A DNA stretch of 64,000 nt from Eledone cirrhosa (Eukaryota). This document shows positions 14,371 to 27,800 of this stretch, one piece after another. Where the stretch lies: positions 197,470,001-197,534,000 of the forward strand of contig OZ024742.1 of NCBI GenBank assembly GCA_964016885.1. The letters are read 5' to 3'. Within the stretch, counting starts at the first letter, position 1; each line of letters starts with the position of its first letter. A model generated the notes under the pieces. It was not told where the DNA came from. It made no database searches and saw only the letters and a list, made by a program, of their open reading frames with translations. The position numbers and the translations under genes were made by a program.

Positions 14371-14852
14371 TGGTAAAAGGAAAAGAAAATGCTGACAAAT
14401 TGTTCCAAGTGAAAAATAGTTTAATTAGGAATAAGTACAAATTAGTAATAGTATTGGTTAGTATTCAGTCCTGGTTTTAAGTTTTACCGGTTGCGCATTT
14501 CTAATGCTTTTCAAAAATAATTTTGAGAAAGAGCGCCCGTGATGTTTGCTCTAATCTGATTAGTTTTGGAAATTCTACCTGTTTTATGCAAAAAAAAGTG
14601 GCTCCAGATGTATGAAAAAATTCTCGTGGTCAAAACAATTTTGATTGGTCATGTGAATGTTAAAAATTGATTTTGCGCCAAATGTAGGTTTGTCTCGGCT
14701 GATTGAGAAGTCACTGAAAAATAAGTCTTTCAAGACAAATATGTGTGTGTGTGTGTAGTAGTAGTAGTAGTAAAGAGGTTCGTTGTTGTGATAATGGTCA
14801 GCAGGGATGTGTGTGCCAACCGCAGCCTGCTGACAGTTCAAATGCCTATTAA

Positions 14853-14916
<64 letters not shown>

Positions 14917-15080
14917 TAGAGTAATTCGTGGTAGAGGGATCGGTCAGTAGGAATGTGTCTGTACGTTTGTGGGGGATATTTAAGATGTTAGAAGATATTT
15001 TTCAGCTCTTGTCTTATATGGAAAAGTGTGTATGTCTCTTTGTATGTTAATGTACGCGTCTGTATATGTGTGTGTATATA

Positions 15081-15113
<33 letters not shown>

Positions 15114-15618
15114 ATGTGTGTGTGGGGGGGGACCAGTATTTTTGTGATACTGGTAAAAATGGTGTACATTATTCGATATTTTCAGTAAAAACGATTCTCT
15201 CATTAGAACATCAAAAACCTTAATAATAAAAGGTGTGAAATGATATATAGTATTGGCATAAGACCAAGGATGTGTGAGTGTCCAGATTGTACGTACTGCA
15301 AGGGGAATCCATTAGGCCTTGCCGTATTGGAATACTTGTGTTCAAATATGTATGCCCCATCAGTGTGCAATGCATGCGCACATACATATTTGAACACAAG
15401 TATTCCAATACGCAAGGCCTAATGGATTCCCCTTGTAGTACGTACAATCTGGACACTCACACATACCTTGGTCTTATGCCAATACTATATATCATTTCAC
15501 ACCTTTTATTATTAAGGTTTTTGATGTTCTATTGAGAGAATCGTTTTTACTGAAAATATCGAATAATGTACACCATTTTTACCAGTATCACAAAAATACT
15601 AGTCCACCCACACATATT

Positions 15619-15678
<60 letters not shown>

Positions 15679-16357
15679 CACACACACATACACACGCGTA
15701 CATTAACATACAAAGAGACATATACACACACACACTTCTCCGTATAAGACAAGAGCTGAAAAATTTCTTTTAACATGTTAAAATATCCCCACACACGTAC
15801 AGACACATTCCTACTGACCGATCCCTCTACACGAATTACTCTGCTACACACACACACACACACACACACACTTGTCTTAATAGGCATTTGAACTGTCAGT
15901 AGGCTGCGGTTCGCACACACATCCCTGCTGACCATTATCACAACAACGAACCTCTTTACTACTACTACACACACACATATTTGTCTTGAAAGACTTATTT
16001 TTCAGTGACTTCTCAATCACCCGAGACAAACCTACATTTGGCGCAAAATCAATTTTTAACATTCACATGACCTCTACCGACCAATCAAAATTGTTTTGAC
16101 CACAAGAATTTTTTCATACATCTGGAGCCACTTTTTTTACATAAAACAGGTAGAATTTCCAAAACTAATCAGATTAGAGCAAACATCACGGGCGCTCTAT
16201 CTCAAAATTATTTTTGAAAAGCATTAGAAATGCGCAACCGGTAAAACTTAAAACCAGGACTGAATACTAACCAATACTATTACTAATTTTTACTTATTCC
16301 TAATTAAACTATTTTTCACTTGGAACAATTTGTCAGCATTTTCTTTTCCTTGTACCA
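14371..16357. repeat. ~2 kb fold-back inverted repeat (arms ~1 kb, ~25 nt spacer at 15356-15380)
   Basis: TGGTAAAAGGAAAAGAAAATGCTGACAAATTG... at 14371 is the reverse complement of ...CAATTTGTCAGCATTTTCTTTTCCTTGTACCA at 16357; arms are colinear to the centre with scattered substitutions. Confidence 0.95.
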
Positions 16358-16419
16358 CTATGAATGTCGGTGAGCATGTCCAGCTAACCTCAGTCTCCTC
16401 TGTGTTACTTTCAAGCTGA

Positions 16420-16945
16420 CGTTTGGAATCGGCCTTTACTGTAGCATTGGGTCAGAGCAGGAGAGTTAAAGCTAAAAAGATATCAGCTGCTGAATTTGCT
16501 GACAACATAGTTCTAGTGCCAAACACAGTGAAGAGTAATGAAGTTAATGCAAGAGGTGGAGACTGTGTCGATGAATGTGGGGTTGAGAATAAATGAGATT
16601 AAGACGAAGTATCTGATAAGAAGCCTCAGAAGATTATGAATGTAGATGGAAAGCCACTAGAGTTGGTTGAGGACTTCCTGTATCTGGAGGATGTGGCGGA
16701 GAGGAAGAGCAAACGTAGGCAGCGTGTCACAGTTTGAGGTCGGTATGGAAGTCGGACTTAGACCTGAAGAGACGGCTCTTCGTCGCTACAGTGGAGGCTG
16801 TGCTGCTGTACGGGTCTGAGACTTGGACGCTGACCAAGAGATGGTGGATGGGTGGTACACGAGAATGCTGAGGTTGACTCTGAGCATTAATCAGTATACA
16901 CTGAGGATGAAGAACTCAGAGCTGTACGGGAGCCTCCTAAACGTC
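16420..16945 (+). mobile_element. Degenerate RTE-like RT fragment
   Basis: Translates in pieces to EFADNI, FLYLE and VEAVLLYGSETWTLT. Confidence 0.7.
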
Positions 16946-17223
16946 AGCTGGAATATATATATATATGTAAAATGCATACATATACTACAAGCTGTAAGCG
17001 TTGAGACTGGCAAATGTATATGGATAAACATTTAAACCTGGCCATACTAACAGCTGTAAAATTCAGGCAAAATGTAGCTTCTGCTATAACAATACCATTG
17101 TTATCAGAAGACAAAAAGATGTCATGTTCAACGAACAAATGTTTGGAAAAGACAAAAATGAAGCTAAGCTTACGATATGTATAGATGACAAAATATGACA
17201 CATTATACCATTAAGGCAACATA

Positions 17224-17734
17224 TACGAGAGGGCTTCAGAAAGTTTGTGGAAGAAGTACATAGCTAAAGATCATATGCAGGGATTGATCTCAGTGCACCT
17301 GTACGTTCTCGTACTAACGTTTCATGACATGTGCTAACATGTCATGAGCAACATGAGCAACATGACCTCCATCAAAAACATCAGATTCATGGGGAAGTTA
17401 GGGGGGAAAAGCAGCCAAATCATTGACGCTCTGGAACAAGTTTATGGGGACAATGCCCCAAAGAAATCAACAACCTACAAATGGATAAGTCGTTTTAGAA
17501 GTGGAAGAGATGAAGTTAAAAATGATCCCCAGTTGATGATGTAAAATTAGCTGTTTTGACATGGTTTAAATCGCATGGCCCCCAGTTTTACACAGATGGA
17601 CTTAAAGGCTGGTATCAATGCTTGCAGAAGTGTATTGACTTAGATAGAACATATGTTGAAAAATAAACATCACAACTTAAACCGTTTTTTCCAACTGTCT
17701 TTTTTCCAAGAACGTTTTTGGGGGACACCCTGTA
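17224..17734 (+). mobile_element. Internally deleted mariner DNA transposon
   Basis: TA-flanked degenerate TIRs (TACGAG...CCCTGTA); ORF 17344-17544 has the mariner N-terminal HTH (IIDALEQVYGDNAP..TTYKWISRFRSGR); C-terminal FYTDG...QKCIDLD.TYVEK. Confidence 0.8.
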
Positions 17735-18837
17735 TATAAAGAATAATAGGCCATCTTCAGGCATTTTCAAGGAGGAGAAACTCAGAAGAATTCAGAAGAA
17801 GCAAAGATTGCTTCGAAAAATTCAAATAATGTATAACCTACAGAACATTTTGTCTAATGAAGCGGCACGTGCCGACATCCGCGTATCCAAGAGCTTTCGA
17901 TTATGTCTTTGATTTCCTTGTTAAAACGTAACACCCGAACTCGTGTCGTGACAAGCAGAATAATAACAGTATAGATGATCCATAGTAAGGTACGTTCGTA
18001 TTGCGCGGCAAAACCATTAATATGCAATAGAATTTAATTTAAAGTGTTTAATATGATGAGATATATCTGAACCGTTTCATGGATTAGTGACTAAAATCAT
18101 GTAAATATATCATGTGGTGATGTTGTCCCCTAAATAGAAACAGACCTAAACGTTAAAAATTCCAAATATATATTCAAAAGAAAGTGGGGAGTTGAAAACT
18201 ATTTGCAACACTTTTAAGAGTTGAAAGATAGAAAGACTAAGCGGAAATAACAGTCAGGTTGCCACGCTCACATATCTGATAAGAAGTTGCTAATACAACA
18301 GTTCTTCCTTTAAAGTGAGTGTGAAGTAAAAGTGAGAAAAAAGATCTACATATGGTTTTCATTGGGTTAACGAATTTTTTCCTGTTATTTTTAGTTTGCA
18401 AATTGTTTTTCGGATTATTCTGCTATTTTCTTTTCCTTTGTTGGTAGAATTTATCATTTCTAATGACAGTAGTTAGATCTGACGGCACACAAAAGATACA
18501 CTCCCTTTGATACCAATATATTTGTCTATTCTGGGAGTATTTCCGGCAGGAGGCCCAAAAAACATATTTTAAAACTCCTTTTTTTTTTCACTGACTTCAG
18601 TTATCAATTAGGTATTCTTGTAAAAGAAAAAGCAGTGACAAGCTCTTTTAAAATTTTACCATTCAATCATCCTATTAAAGATTAAAGTATAAATTGACAG
18701 CATGTTTGTTTTCAAGTAACACAAAACATCTTTAAAGAAATGCCATTTGTAAATATTTATAGAACGTATTTTTTTAAATATTTTGCTGTGACTCGGTTAT
18801 TTATTGAGGGCTGCACGAGTTATATAATTATATATAA

Positions 18838-18870
<33 letters not shown>

Positions 18871-19628
18871 AGAGAGAGAGTGTGTGTGTGCGTGTGTGTG
18901 TGTGTGCGTGTGTGTGCGTGTGCGTGTGTGTATTTGTATATATATATGTATATGTATATATATACATTCATGTATGTATGTATGCATGTATGTATGTATT
19001 ATATTATAGTGCTTATATGTATATTTTGTAATAAAACTCTTCCAGAATCCAATGCTTATAAATTTGTTGGATTTCCACAATATGTTAAGAAACATTACTC
19101 TTCCCACTCAGACACGAACAGATGAAAATATTTTCACCTAAAGAATTACAGCAGCAAAAGAAAAGGAGGTGGAAGCGATAGAGATAGGGAAACAAAAAGA
19201 TATAGATATAAAGGCAGAGAGAAAGATATATGTAGAGAGAGAGGGGGGAGAAGGAGAGACAGAGATAGAAAGAGAGGGAAGGAAAATACATATATATATA
19301 TATATATACTGAGAGAAAACAAATACATACAGATAGAGAGAAAGATGGAGAGAGAGAGAGAAAGAGGCCAGAAGTCTTTCAGTCTGGAGATATGGTCAAT
19401 ATTGGATCTCGAAACCCTAGATAGCGGCTTTTGCTCGGCATATGAACATAAATAGATAATATAATATGGTATTATATAATATATAGTATTATATATATAT
19501 ATATATAATATATAGTATTATATATATATATATAATATATAGTATTATATATATATAATTGATGTTGGATGCTTAAAGCGTCCGTATGCGGTAGGCTGTA
19601 TGTCACAACACTGATTCTCTTTTTTTCT

Positions 19629-19698
<70 letters not shown>

Positions 19699-19773
19699 TA
19701 ATAATAAATTTGAAGATCCCGTTAAGAGTGAAAGCAGCGATTCTTTGCTTAAACTGTAATCTGTTATTTTTAT

Positions 19774-19810
<37 letters not shown>

Positions 19811-19905
19811 GTAGAATACTGGAAGGTAATATCCGTAGTGGTAGAGCACTCAGTCCAAGGGACCAGTTAGGTAGAAGTGGTTACACAACAGTTAGTTCAC
19901 CATAC

Positions 19906-19943
19906 CGAGAACAATTGTTTCACCTTATCGGATCCTCAACTCG
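19906..19943 (-). ncRNA. Minimal type-I hammerhead ribozyme remnant (C3->U)
   Basis: - strand reads CGAG TTGAGGA TCCGATAAGGT GAAA CAATTG TT CTCG: stem I CGAG/CTCG, near-canonical core, palindromic stem III loop. Confidence 0.6.
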
Positions 19944-20369
19944 TAATGGACATGGTTATACGGAACAGGAAGGACAACCGTACGAACGCGCATGCGCAGA
20001 AACCGGTCACTTCACACAGGCAATACTAAAATGCGTGCGAGAGGTGTAAGGGAGATAACTGCAAAAGTCCGAAAAGTTTCTAATTAATAAGAAAATTATG
20101 ATGTTGTAATTCAATCCAGAGCTGTGTAGTTATGCAAGAGGTGTTTCGATACGTGTGGACAACGTGTGAAGAATTCATTTTTCGTGTTTAGGCAATCACT
20201 ATATATATATAGTTTAGGGATTGTAACGTCCAGTTACTGTAGGTTCACCAGAGTAAGCACTCTATGAGTAGTTTCGACTAGGTATATTGATGGCGTACTA
20301 AGCAGAGAGCAATAATAGTTATAATAATAAAAAGGACGAAATGCTACATCTTCATTACATTTATTGTGG

Positions 20370-20528
20370 TGTGACGCGCGTTTCGCAATCAGCTCAAGGC
20401 TTGATCTGTATCGAACTGGTCTGACTCTGGAATCAAAAGCTCGTCGGACTTCTGTTATGGTATACCATAACAGAAGTCCGACTAGCAGATCGTGCCTTGA
20501 GCTGATCAATCGCGAAACGTGCGTCACA
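20370..20528. repeat. Fold-back palindrome ending in hammerhead-like GAAACGCGCGTC halves
   Basis: Perfect 40 bp core at 20443-20482; outer arms GTGACGCGCGTTTCGC and GCGAAACGTGCGTCAC. Confidence 0.85.
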
Positions 20529-20821
20529 TATCATTAAATTTTATTATTATTACAAAAACTTTACAAAAATTGTATGTGGTAAACACCAATCAACATATTA
20601 GAGTGGACACAATACGTGAGATAGTGCATAAACGGATTTGTGTGGGAACACAAAGTCTATTCCTGACTGTACAGATCCATCGCTACGTCCTGTGAGCAGT
20701 TAATGCATTGGCAAAACATCTCGCACAAGAAAGTCTACGTAGTCAGGACCAATGGAGTTCAGTCCTAAATTCTAGCGAAGGACTCTGAGGTACCAGCAAA
20801 GACCAAACGTTATAGCGATGA

Positions 20822-20990
20822 ATTGACAGTATCGGTAGAGCGTCGGACATCCTGCTTCGCGACATAGAGTTTCGGCCCTTTGCGTTCTGAGTTCAAATCC
20901 CGTCGAGGCTAAATTTGCCTTTTATCCATACGAAGTACCAGTCACACACTGTGGTCGATTTAATCGACTTTCCTCTCCCCCAAAATTCAT
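20822..20990 (+). mobile_element. tRNA-derived SINE
   Basis: A/B-box-like head, GAGTTCAAATCCCG...TTTGCCTTT.ATCC core shared with 37777 and 45870. Confidence 0.75.
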
Positions 20991-21077
20991 GGCCGTGTGT
21001 CTAAATCTGAAACTATTATAGCGGTGGTAGTAGTTTTATATATACATTCAGAGGGAGAGACGGGATATATATATATC

Positions 21078-21140
<63 letters not shown>

Positions 21141-21320
21141 ACAAAAGAGAGAAGAAAAAGAAAATATAGAGAGAGAATCGTAGACACAAAAAGAGAGAAA
21201 ATATATTACCAAGAGGCAATAGGTGAAAAGTAGAATCAAAATCTTTATATGGTATAAAGTTAAAGAAATATATAACTTGGATGGGAAGTGGTTTAAGTCA
21301 ATTCAAAAACAGACAAATAT

Positions 21321-21785
21321 TTCTTCTTCTTCTTCTTCTTCTTCTTCTTCTTCTTCTTCTTCTTCTACTGCTTCTTCTTCGCCCACTTATTCATAAGGTT
21401 CGTGAGGGCAGAGTCCTCAATCACTTCTTCCAGCGGGTCCTGTCAGAAGCAACCGTCTCCAACTCATCTGGCTCGATCTCCAAGCGAAACCAACCAAGCT
21501 CATGGATGTTATCCAACCATTTTTCTCGGTGTCTACCCCCTGGGTCTCCTGCCAATTGGTCTTACCCCTAAAATTTGTCCAGCGATTATTTGCTGAGACA
21601 TTCTGACCGCATGTTCGCAGTATCAGAACTGTGATCTCTCTATTCAAAGTAGTGGCTCTACCTGGAGTGACTCTCTGATCTCTGAGCTACGCAGTCTATC
21701 GAGTAACGTTACTCCGAGACTCTTCGGATAAATCCTATTTCGTATCCTTTCGCTCCTTACTCAAGATTCATGACCACAGGTAAAC
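21321..21785 (-). mobile_element. RTE 3' fragment with (GAA)n tail
   Basis: - strand codes for GHV.R...GRRP.G...KWLDNI-like RT C-terminus; (TTC)n at 21321-21380. Confidence 0.7.
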
Positions 21786-21971
21786 AAACTGGCAATTTTA
21801 ATTAAAGTTAAATTAATATTATAATAGTGAAAGAAATTGCCAAAATACTATAGATGCATTGCAAAACTCAAAGCAGGATTTGTCTTGAAGAATAGATTTT
21901 AGTTTTTAAATGACCTATCCTGAAATATCAGACGAATTTTTAACCATCCCTTCAATTACAATTTTGATAAT

Positions 21972-21974
<3 letters not shown>

Positions 21975-22010
<36 letters not shown>

Positions 22011-22288
22011 TCTCTATCTCTCCCTCTCTCTCTCCTTCTCTCTCTCTTTCTCTCTCTTGTCTTTCCCTCTGTTTTTCTTCTCTCTCTCTTGTCTTTCCCT
22101 CTGTTTTTCTTTTCTCTCTCTTGTCTTTCCCTCTGTTTGTCTTCTCTCTCTCTATCTCTATCTCTATCTCTCTTCCCCGGCTCTCTTCCCCCTTTCTCTC
22201 TCTCTCTCTCTCTCCCTCTCTCCCTCTCCCCCCTCTCTCTCTCTCTCTCTCTCTTTCTTCTCTTTTTCTCTCTGTCTCTTCTCTCTCT
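21975..22288 (+). repeat. (CT)n-rich polypyrimidine tract
   Basis: Direct reading. Confidence 0.95.
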
Positions 22289-22545
22289 GCCAAGAAATTT
22301 GAGAGATCTTCATGGTGTGAACGTGGATGTTTTCAAGAAACATCTTGACACCCTGTTATTCAGGATCACGGATGAGCCCACAGCACGGTACGAAGGTAAC
22401 CTAAGGGCAGCAGCAACGAACTCCCTCTTACACCAATAGCCAACCAACACAGGCTGGAGATAGAATGCGTAGCAATAAGGGCGGTTCCCCAGCATTGCCT
22501 CAACCGGATGGCTGGAACAGGTAAAAGAGTAAAAGAATATCTGGT
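22285..22545 (+). mobile_element. CR1/L2-group LINE 3' remnant
   Basis: LPRNLRDLHGVNVDVFKKHLDTLL..I.DEP...RAAATNSL resembles a CR1-type ORF2 C-terminus. Confidence 0.55.
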
Positions 22546-23530
22546 ATATGTGTGTGATATATCACGTATAAGTGTAGTCATATCGCTTAATTTGTTTCGT
22601 TGACATAAAAAATATAACGCAACAAGCTAGATAACAATCCGGAAATGCCTGTTAAAAACTTAATGTTCAATTTAAACGAAACCCAAGTTATCTAATTTAA
22701 CCAACTAATTCACTGGCTTAGACTTCTAATTTCGAGCTGACATTAAAAATAGGGAACCATTAGTAAATTTAAGTCTTTCAACTGTCTTATGACTGGAAAT
22801 GAATTTTTAAAGCTCACATGGTACTGGATATATGCCAAATTGCAAATAAAATAATTTTAATGCTTCCCTTATGCACATTCACATATAGACGAACATAGCC
22901 TAAGAAAATTAATATGCACACGTCCCAACATATTTCCGTATCACTTAAAATAACTTTATATAATGCTTTATATGTGTCTGTGACTGTTGACATAAATATC
23001 TATGTGATTGTGTATGCGATATTGAAAACAAAACTATAAATAAATTCTGAAATATATTAAGCATGAAATGCGGGAACAATGTTGAAACGAATTTTTAAAG
23101 GCGCTTTTATCAGTTGACAGCTGACGGATAAGAGATGACAATTGAGGGTGTGTAGGAGCAATATCTTCACATATCTTATTGGTTCAACTCGCAGAAGTTG
23201 ACGGTAGATTTACCGGTGTAGCGATGTCAAGCATTTGGATTTTCTTTACTAGCTTTTGAAAAACCGGATAGAAATACTTTCCAAATTCATAGTCATGCTG
23301 TATATGCACATAAGTGAGCAAACACGCACACACACATATACACACACACATACGCGCACGCGCGCGCGTGTGTGTGTGTGTGTGTGCGTGTGTGCGTGTG
23401 TGTGTGTGTGTGTTTCCTCTACTCCTGATAAAGAACTAACGTTCGATGCGGTGAACTTTCCTTTTCTTCTCTTTAAAAAGTGAAATTAATAAGACTATAT
23501 CTGTGTTTGTCCTTTTACTAGCTATATCTC

Positions 23531-23569
<39 letters not shown>

Positions 23570-23570
<1 letters not shown>

Positions 23571-24037
23571 TCTGCTAAGAGTATTGCAATCGCTTGTAAC
23601 AGATCCTGAACAAGCAATGCCTGTGCTTTGGGGGGTTTTTTAAGTGAGGAAAGGCCTTGCACTTGACCAATCACACTCTCTGAGCATCGAAAACACTACC
23701 TGAAAAGGAGAACTGGTCAACATCATCGGATGCTTCCGAAGCCGCAGGGATTTTTGTTTTTTTTTCAATGTTTCCCTCTCCTATAAAGGTGTTGTGACAA
23801 CAACTGGGGGCCTTTCACTCCCAGGTGAAAAAAAAAAGGACTATTTGGATGGCCGGTGACTCTGTTGAGTTCCTCCGCCCTTTGCCGGGTCTTGTATTTC
23901 ATCCCACAGGGTGTCCAAATATCACACTTCTCACTAAACAAACTTGGTGGGGTTGCCGATTTAGTCGCCGACGACCTGACGATGAGACAGGTTGTACTGG
24001 GTTACATGTTACCAGTAGCACTCGAGAGTGACCTGAC
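23570..24037 (-). mobile_element. Bipartite non-autonomous RTE derivative (family 3)
   Basis: Joins the 3' end CTCTGCxAAGAGTATTGCAATCG (as at ~54780) to the 5' UTR seen at 56717-57055. Confidence 0.8.
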
Positions 24038-24060
24038 ATGCATACATATGACATACATAC

Positions 24061-24597
24061 ATGATGGCTGCCGCCTCGTTATCGAGTATGACCATTGCAC
24101 GATATATCATTATTAATAATTATTAATTAATTCTATCGTGCAATGCCTGTGTGTGAAGATATTTTTCAAAGTGAGGAAAGACTGTGCACTGAGCCAATCC
24201 CACTCTCTGAGCGACAACAGCTATAACCCGAAAAGAAGAAAAGATCAACATCATCGGTAACGACTGAGCCGCAGGTTTTATGTCGGAGTTATCCCAGTTT
24301 CCTGAGTTGCCTTCTCCTAGAAGAATGCCCTGACAAAGGCTAGGGGTCCTTCACTCCCAGTGGTTTAACCGCGCGGTACACGTGTATATACATATTTACA
24401 CACTTTCGGATGGCCTTTGACTCTTATGAGTTCTTCCGCCCTTTGTCAGATTTTGTTTTTTGTCCTGCAGGGTGTCCAAAATCACCCTCCTCACCAAGTA
24501 AACTTGGTGGGGTTGCCTGTTTAGTCGCCGACTCCTCGTCCATGCGACAGGTTGTATTGGGTTACATGACACCAGTAGCACTCAAGAGTGACCCGAC
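24061..24597 (-). mobile_element. Bipartite non-autonomous RTE derivative (family 1)
   Basis: 3' end matches 24677-24716 and body matches the 28585-28830 UTR of the adjacent RTE; flanked by (CATA)n. Confidence 0.85.
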
Positions 24598-24676
24598 ATA
24601 ACATACATACATACATACATACATACATACATACATACATACACACACACACATACATACATACATACATACATAC

Positions 24677-24750
24677 ATGATGGCTGCCCCCTCGTTATCG
24701 AGTATGGCCATTGCACAATAAAAAAAAAAAAATAAATAAAAAAAAAAAAA

Positions 24751-24823
<73 letters not shown>

Positions 24824-27800
24824 GCAATAATAATAATAACGACAACAACAATAATAATATACATATTCATATATATATACACACACACGCACGCACATAA
24901 GCATATCTACACACACACACACACACAAACACACGATAGCAACTAACAGTGCTGCGATCGAATGTGGCTTTTTAGCCCAGCCAATGATCCAAAATGTCTT
25001 GCACAGAGTCGGCAACCAAAACATTTACTGGGAATAGTCGGCTGTGGTTGGAGTTCGTGTACTTTTGCATGTCGCTTGAGTCCTCCTGCTGATTTACATT
25101 CTCTACCACATGTTTGGCAAGCATGATGAGTAGCATCTCCAACAGCAGCCTGGTAGTCAACCACTGGTCTTACTTTATGACTGCGAAGATGACTTTCGAG
25201 TCCAGCTTTGCTTAGGCAGAGTCTCGCACAGACGCTGCATGTCAGAAACATAGGAGGACCCTCGCCGTCTGGAAGTGCAACAGCAATACCCTTCCTCACG
25301 TCCCGCTTTACTTTCTCGTGTGCGATTCGAGATGCCTCAAAGGCAACTTTTCCCTCATATACAGTCTTTCTCCATTTATTACGATCAGCAGCAATATTTT
25401 CCCATGTATCAGCAGAGATGTTAGCGTCTTTCAGAGAGGCCTTCAAGGAATCCTTATACCTCTTTTTTGGTTTATGTGGCGGTCGTTTTCCTTTAACCAA
25501 CTCTCCATAGAAGAGTTGTTTTGGTATTCTAGAATCCTTCATCCTGGCAAGGTGACCACTCCAACGGAGTCGCTGCTTAAGCACAAGAGCTTCTATACTG
25601 TCACACATAGAGCTTTCCAAAATCTCGACATCACTGATGTGGTCCCTCCAGCGAACGCCATGTATCCGTCTGAGACACATCTGATGGAAACGCTCCAATT
25701 GCTTAAGGTGGCGTCGATATGTGACCCAGGTCTCGCAGGCATAAAGAAGACAAGAGAGTACACATGCCCTGTACACCCTTACCTTTGTCCTCCTGCATAT
25801 GTCTCGCCGACCCCAGAGTCGCCTTTCTAGCCTTCCGAAAGCATCACTTGCTTTCCTAATCCTAAGTGAGATTTCACTGTCAAGGTTGCCGTATCGATTG
25901 ACAGTGCTTCCCAGGTAGACAAACTGATCAACCACTCCAAGTCGTTTGCCATACACATAGATGTTTGGTTCAGTGTACTGCCTACCAGGTGCAGGTTGGT
26001 ACATGACGACGGTTTTCTTGAGACTGACAGTCAAACCCAGGGCAGTGCAAGCGTCAGAAAATACATTCAAAATGTGCTGCATATCACTCTCTGTGTGCGC
26101 TACAAGATCGCAATCATCTGCATACAAGAGGTCTCTTATGACTGATGTAAATACTTTTGTCTTCGCAGCAAAGCGCCTGATGTTAAATATGCTGCCTGAG
26201 GTTCGATATCGGATGTAAACACCATGCTCGCAATCCCTGAATGCAACACAGAAAACCATTGCAAAGTATATGGCAAACAGGGTCGGTGCTGGAATATCCC
26301 CCTGTTTCACTCCATTTTTTACTGAGATAGGCTCCGACATGTTACCTCCGACATTAACCCAAGCCTTCATGTCGTCATGGAAAGACCTAACTAAAGCAAG
26401 GAACTTATCAGGGCAACCAAGTTTCTGGAGAACCCTCCATAATGCATCTCTGTTGACAGTATCGAAAGCCTTTGTCAGATCGACAAAAACCTGATACAGA
26501 TCCAAGCCCTGTTCAATGCACTTCTCCTGGAGCTGTCTAGCTGAGAAGATCATATCAGTAGTGCCGCGTCCAACACGAAAACCAGATTGACTTTCAGGAA
26601 GGACACAATCTGCAATGTGTGTCAGCAGACGGTCCAGAAGCACCCTACATAAAACTTTCCCCACGACAGAAAGCAATGATATACCTCTGTAGTTCCCACA
26701 ATCATTCCTGTTACCCTTTCCCTTGTACAAGACCACCATTACTGCATCTCTCCAGTCCTCAGGCACGGATTCATTAGCCCATATCCCTCCAAACAGAGAG
26801 TGAAGATGTTGCAGGAGTCTCTCACCACCATATTGTAGGAGCTCAGCATGTATGCCATCCATACCTGGAGATCTTCCACTGTTCAGCTTCGAAATAGCCA
26901 CTGCAACCTCCACAAGTGTCGGAGGCTCTGCGAGAGCTACTTTCACAGGACTTTCCGGAATGAGATTGAGGAAATCTTCACTGACGACAGACGGCTGATT
27001 CAAAAGATCATCAAAGTGCTCCCGCCACCTTCGTAGAATTCCCTGTGAGTCACGAAGAAGTTCTTTGCCATCCCTGCTGCGAATCGGTGTCACCAGAGAA
27101 GAAGACGGTCCATAAACCTCACGCAAGAGACTGTACAACAGCTTTGTGTTATTGCAATCAGACGCAGTTTGTATCTCACCAGCCTTCTCACTCCACCACT
27201 GATCCTTCATCTGAGAAAGACTCCGCCTAACACGTGATTTTACATCCCTGAGCTCCTCATGCAACGTATTCCTCTCCTGTGGTCTTGCCGTCAAGTAGCG
27301 TGACAGAGCGCGCCTCTTATCAGCCAACAAGTCATCTATATGCACATCTTTCTCATTAAACCAGTCCTGATGTTTTCTCTGCACCAATCCCAGAACACGT
27401 CTGCCTACATCATAAACCGACTTTTTAAGGGTCGGCCAATCCTCACCAAGATCTGCAGCCTGCATCTCTTCTTCCAATGTCCTCTTCACATTTTTATCCT
27501 TAAGACGAGCAGCATTCAATCTTTTGGGCAGGGTAACACCAGGAGCCCGGATTTTACGTTTGGTGATTAGATTCACTTTTGCGCGTACCAGGCGGTGGTC
27601 CGTCCAGCACTCAGCTCCACGAAGAACACGAACACACCGCACATCCTGTCTGTCACGCATCCTGACTAGGACGTAGTCCAAAAGATGCCATTCCTTAGAT
27701 GCAGGATGCATCCATGTGGTCTTGAATTTGTTCTTTTGTTGGAACATGGTGTTGGTAACACACAGATCCAAGCTCCTCACACATCTGCAGCAAGAGCATA

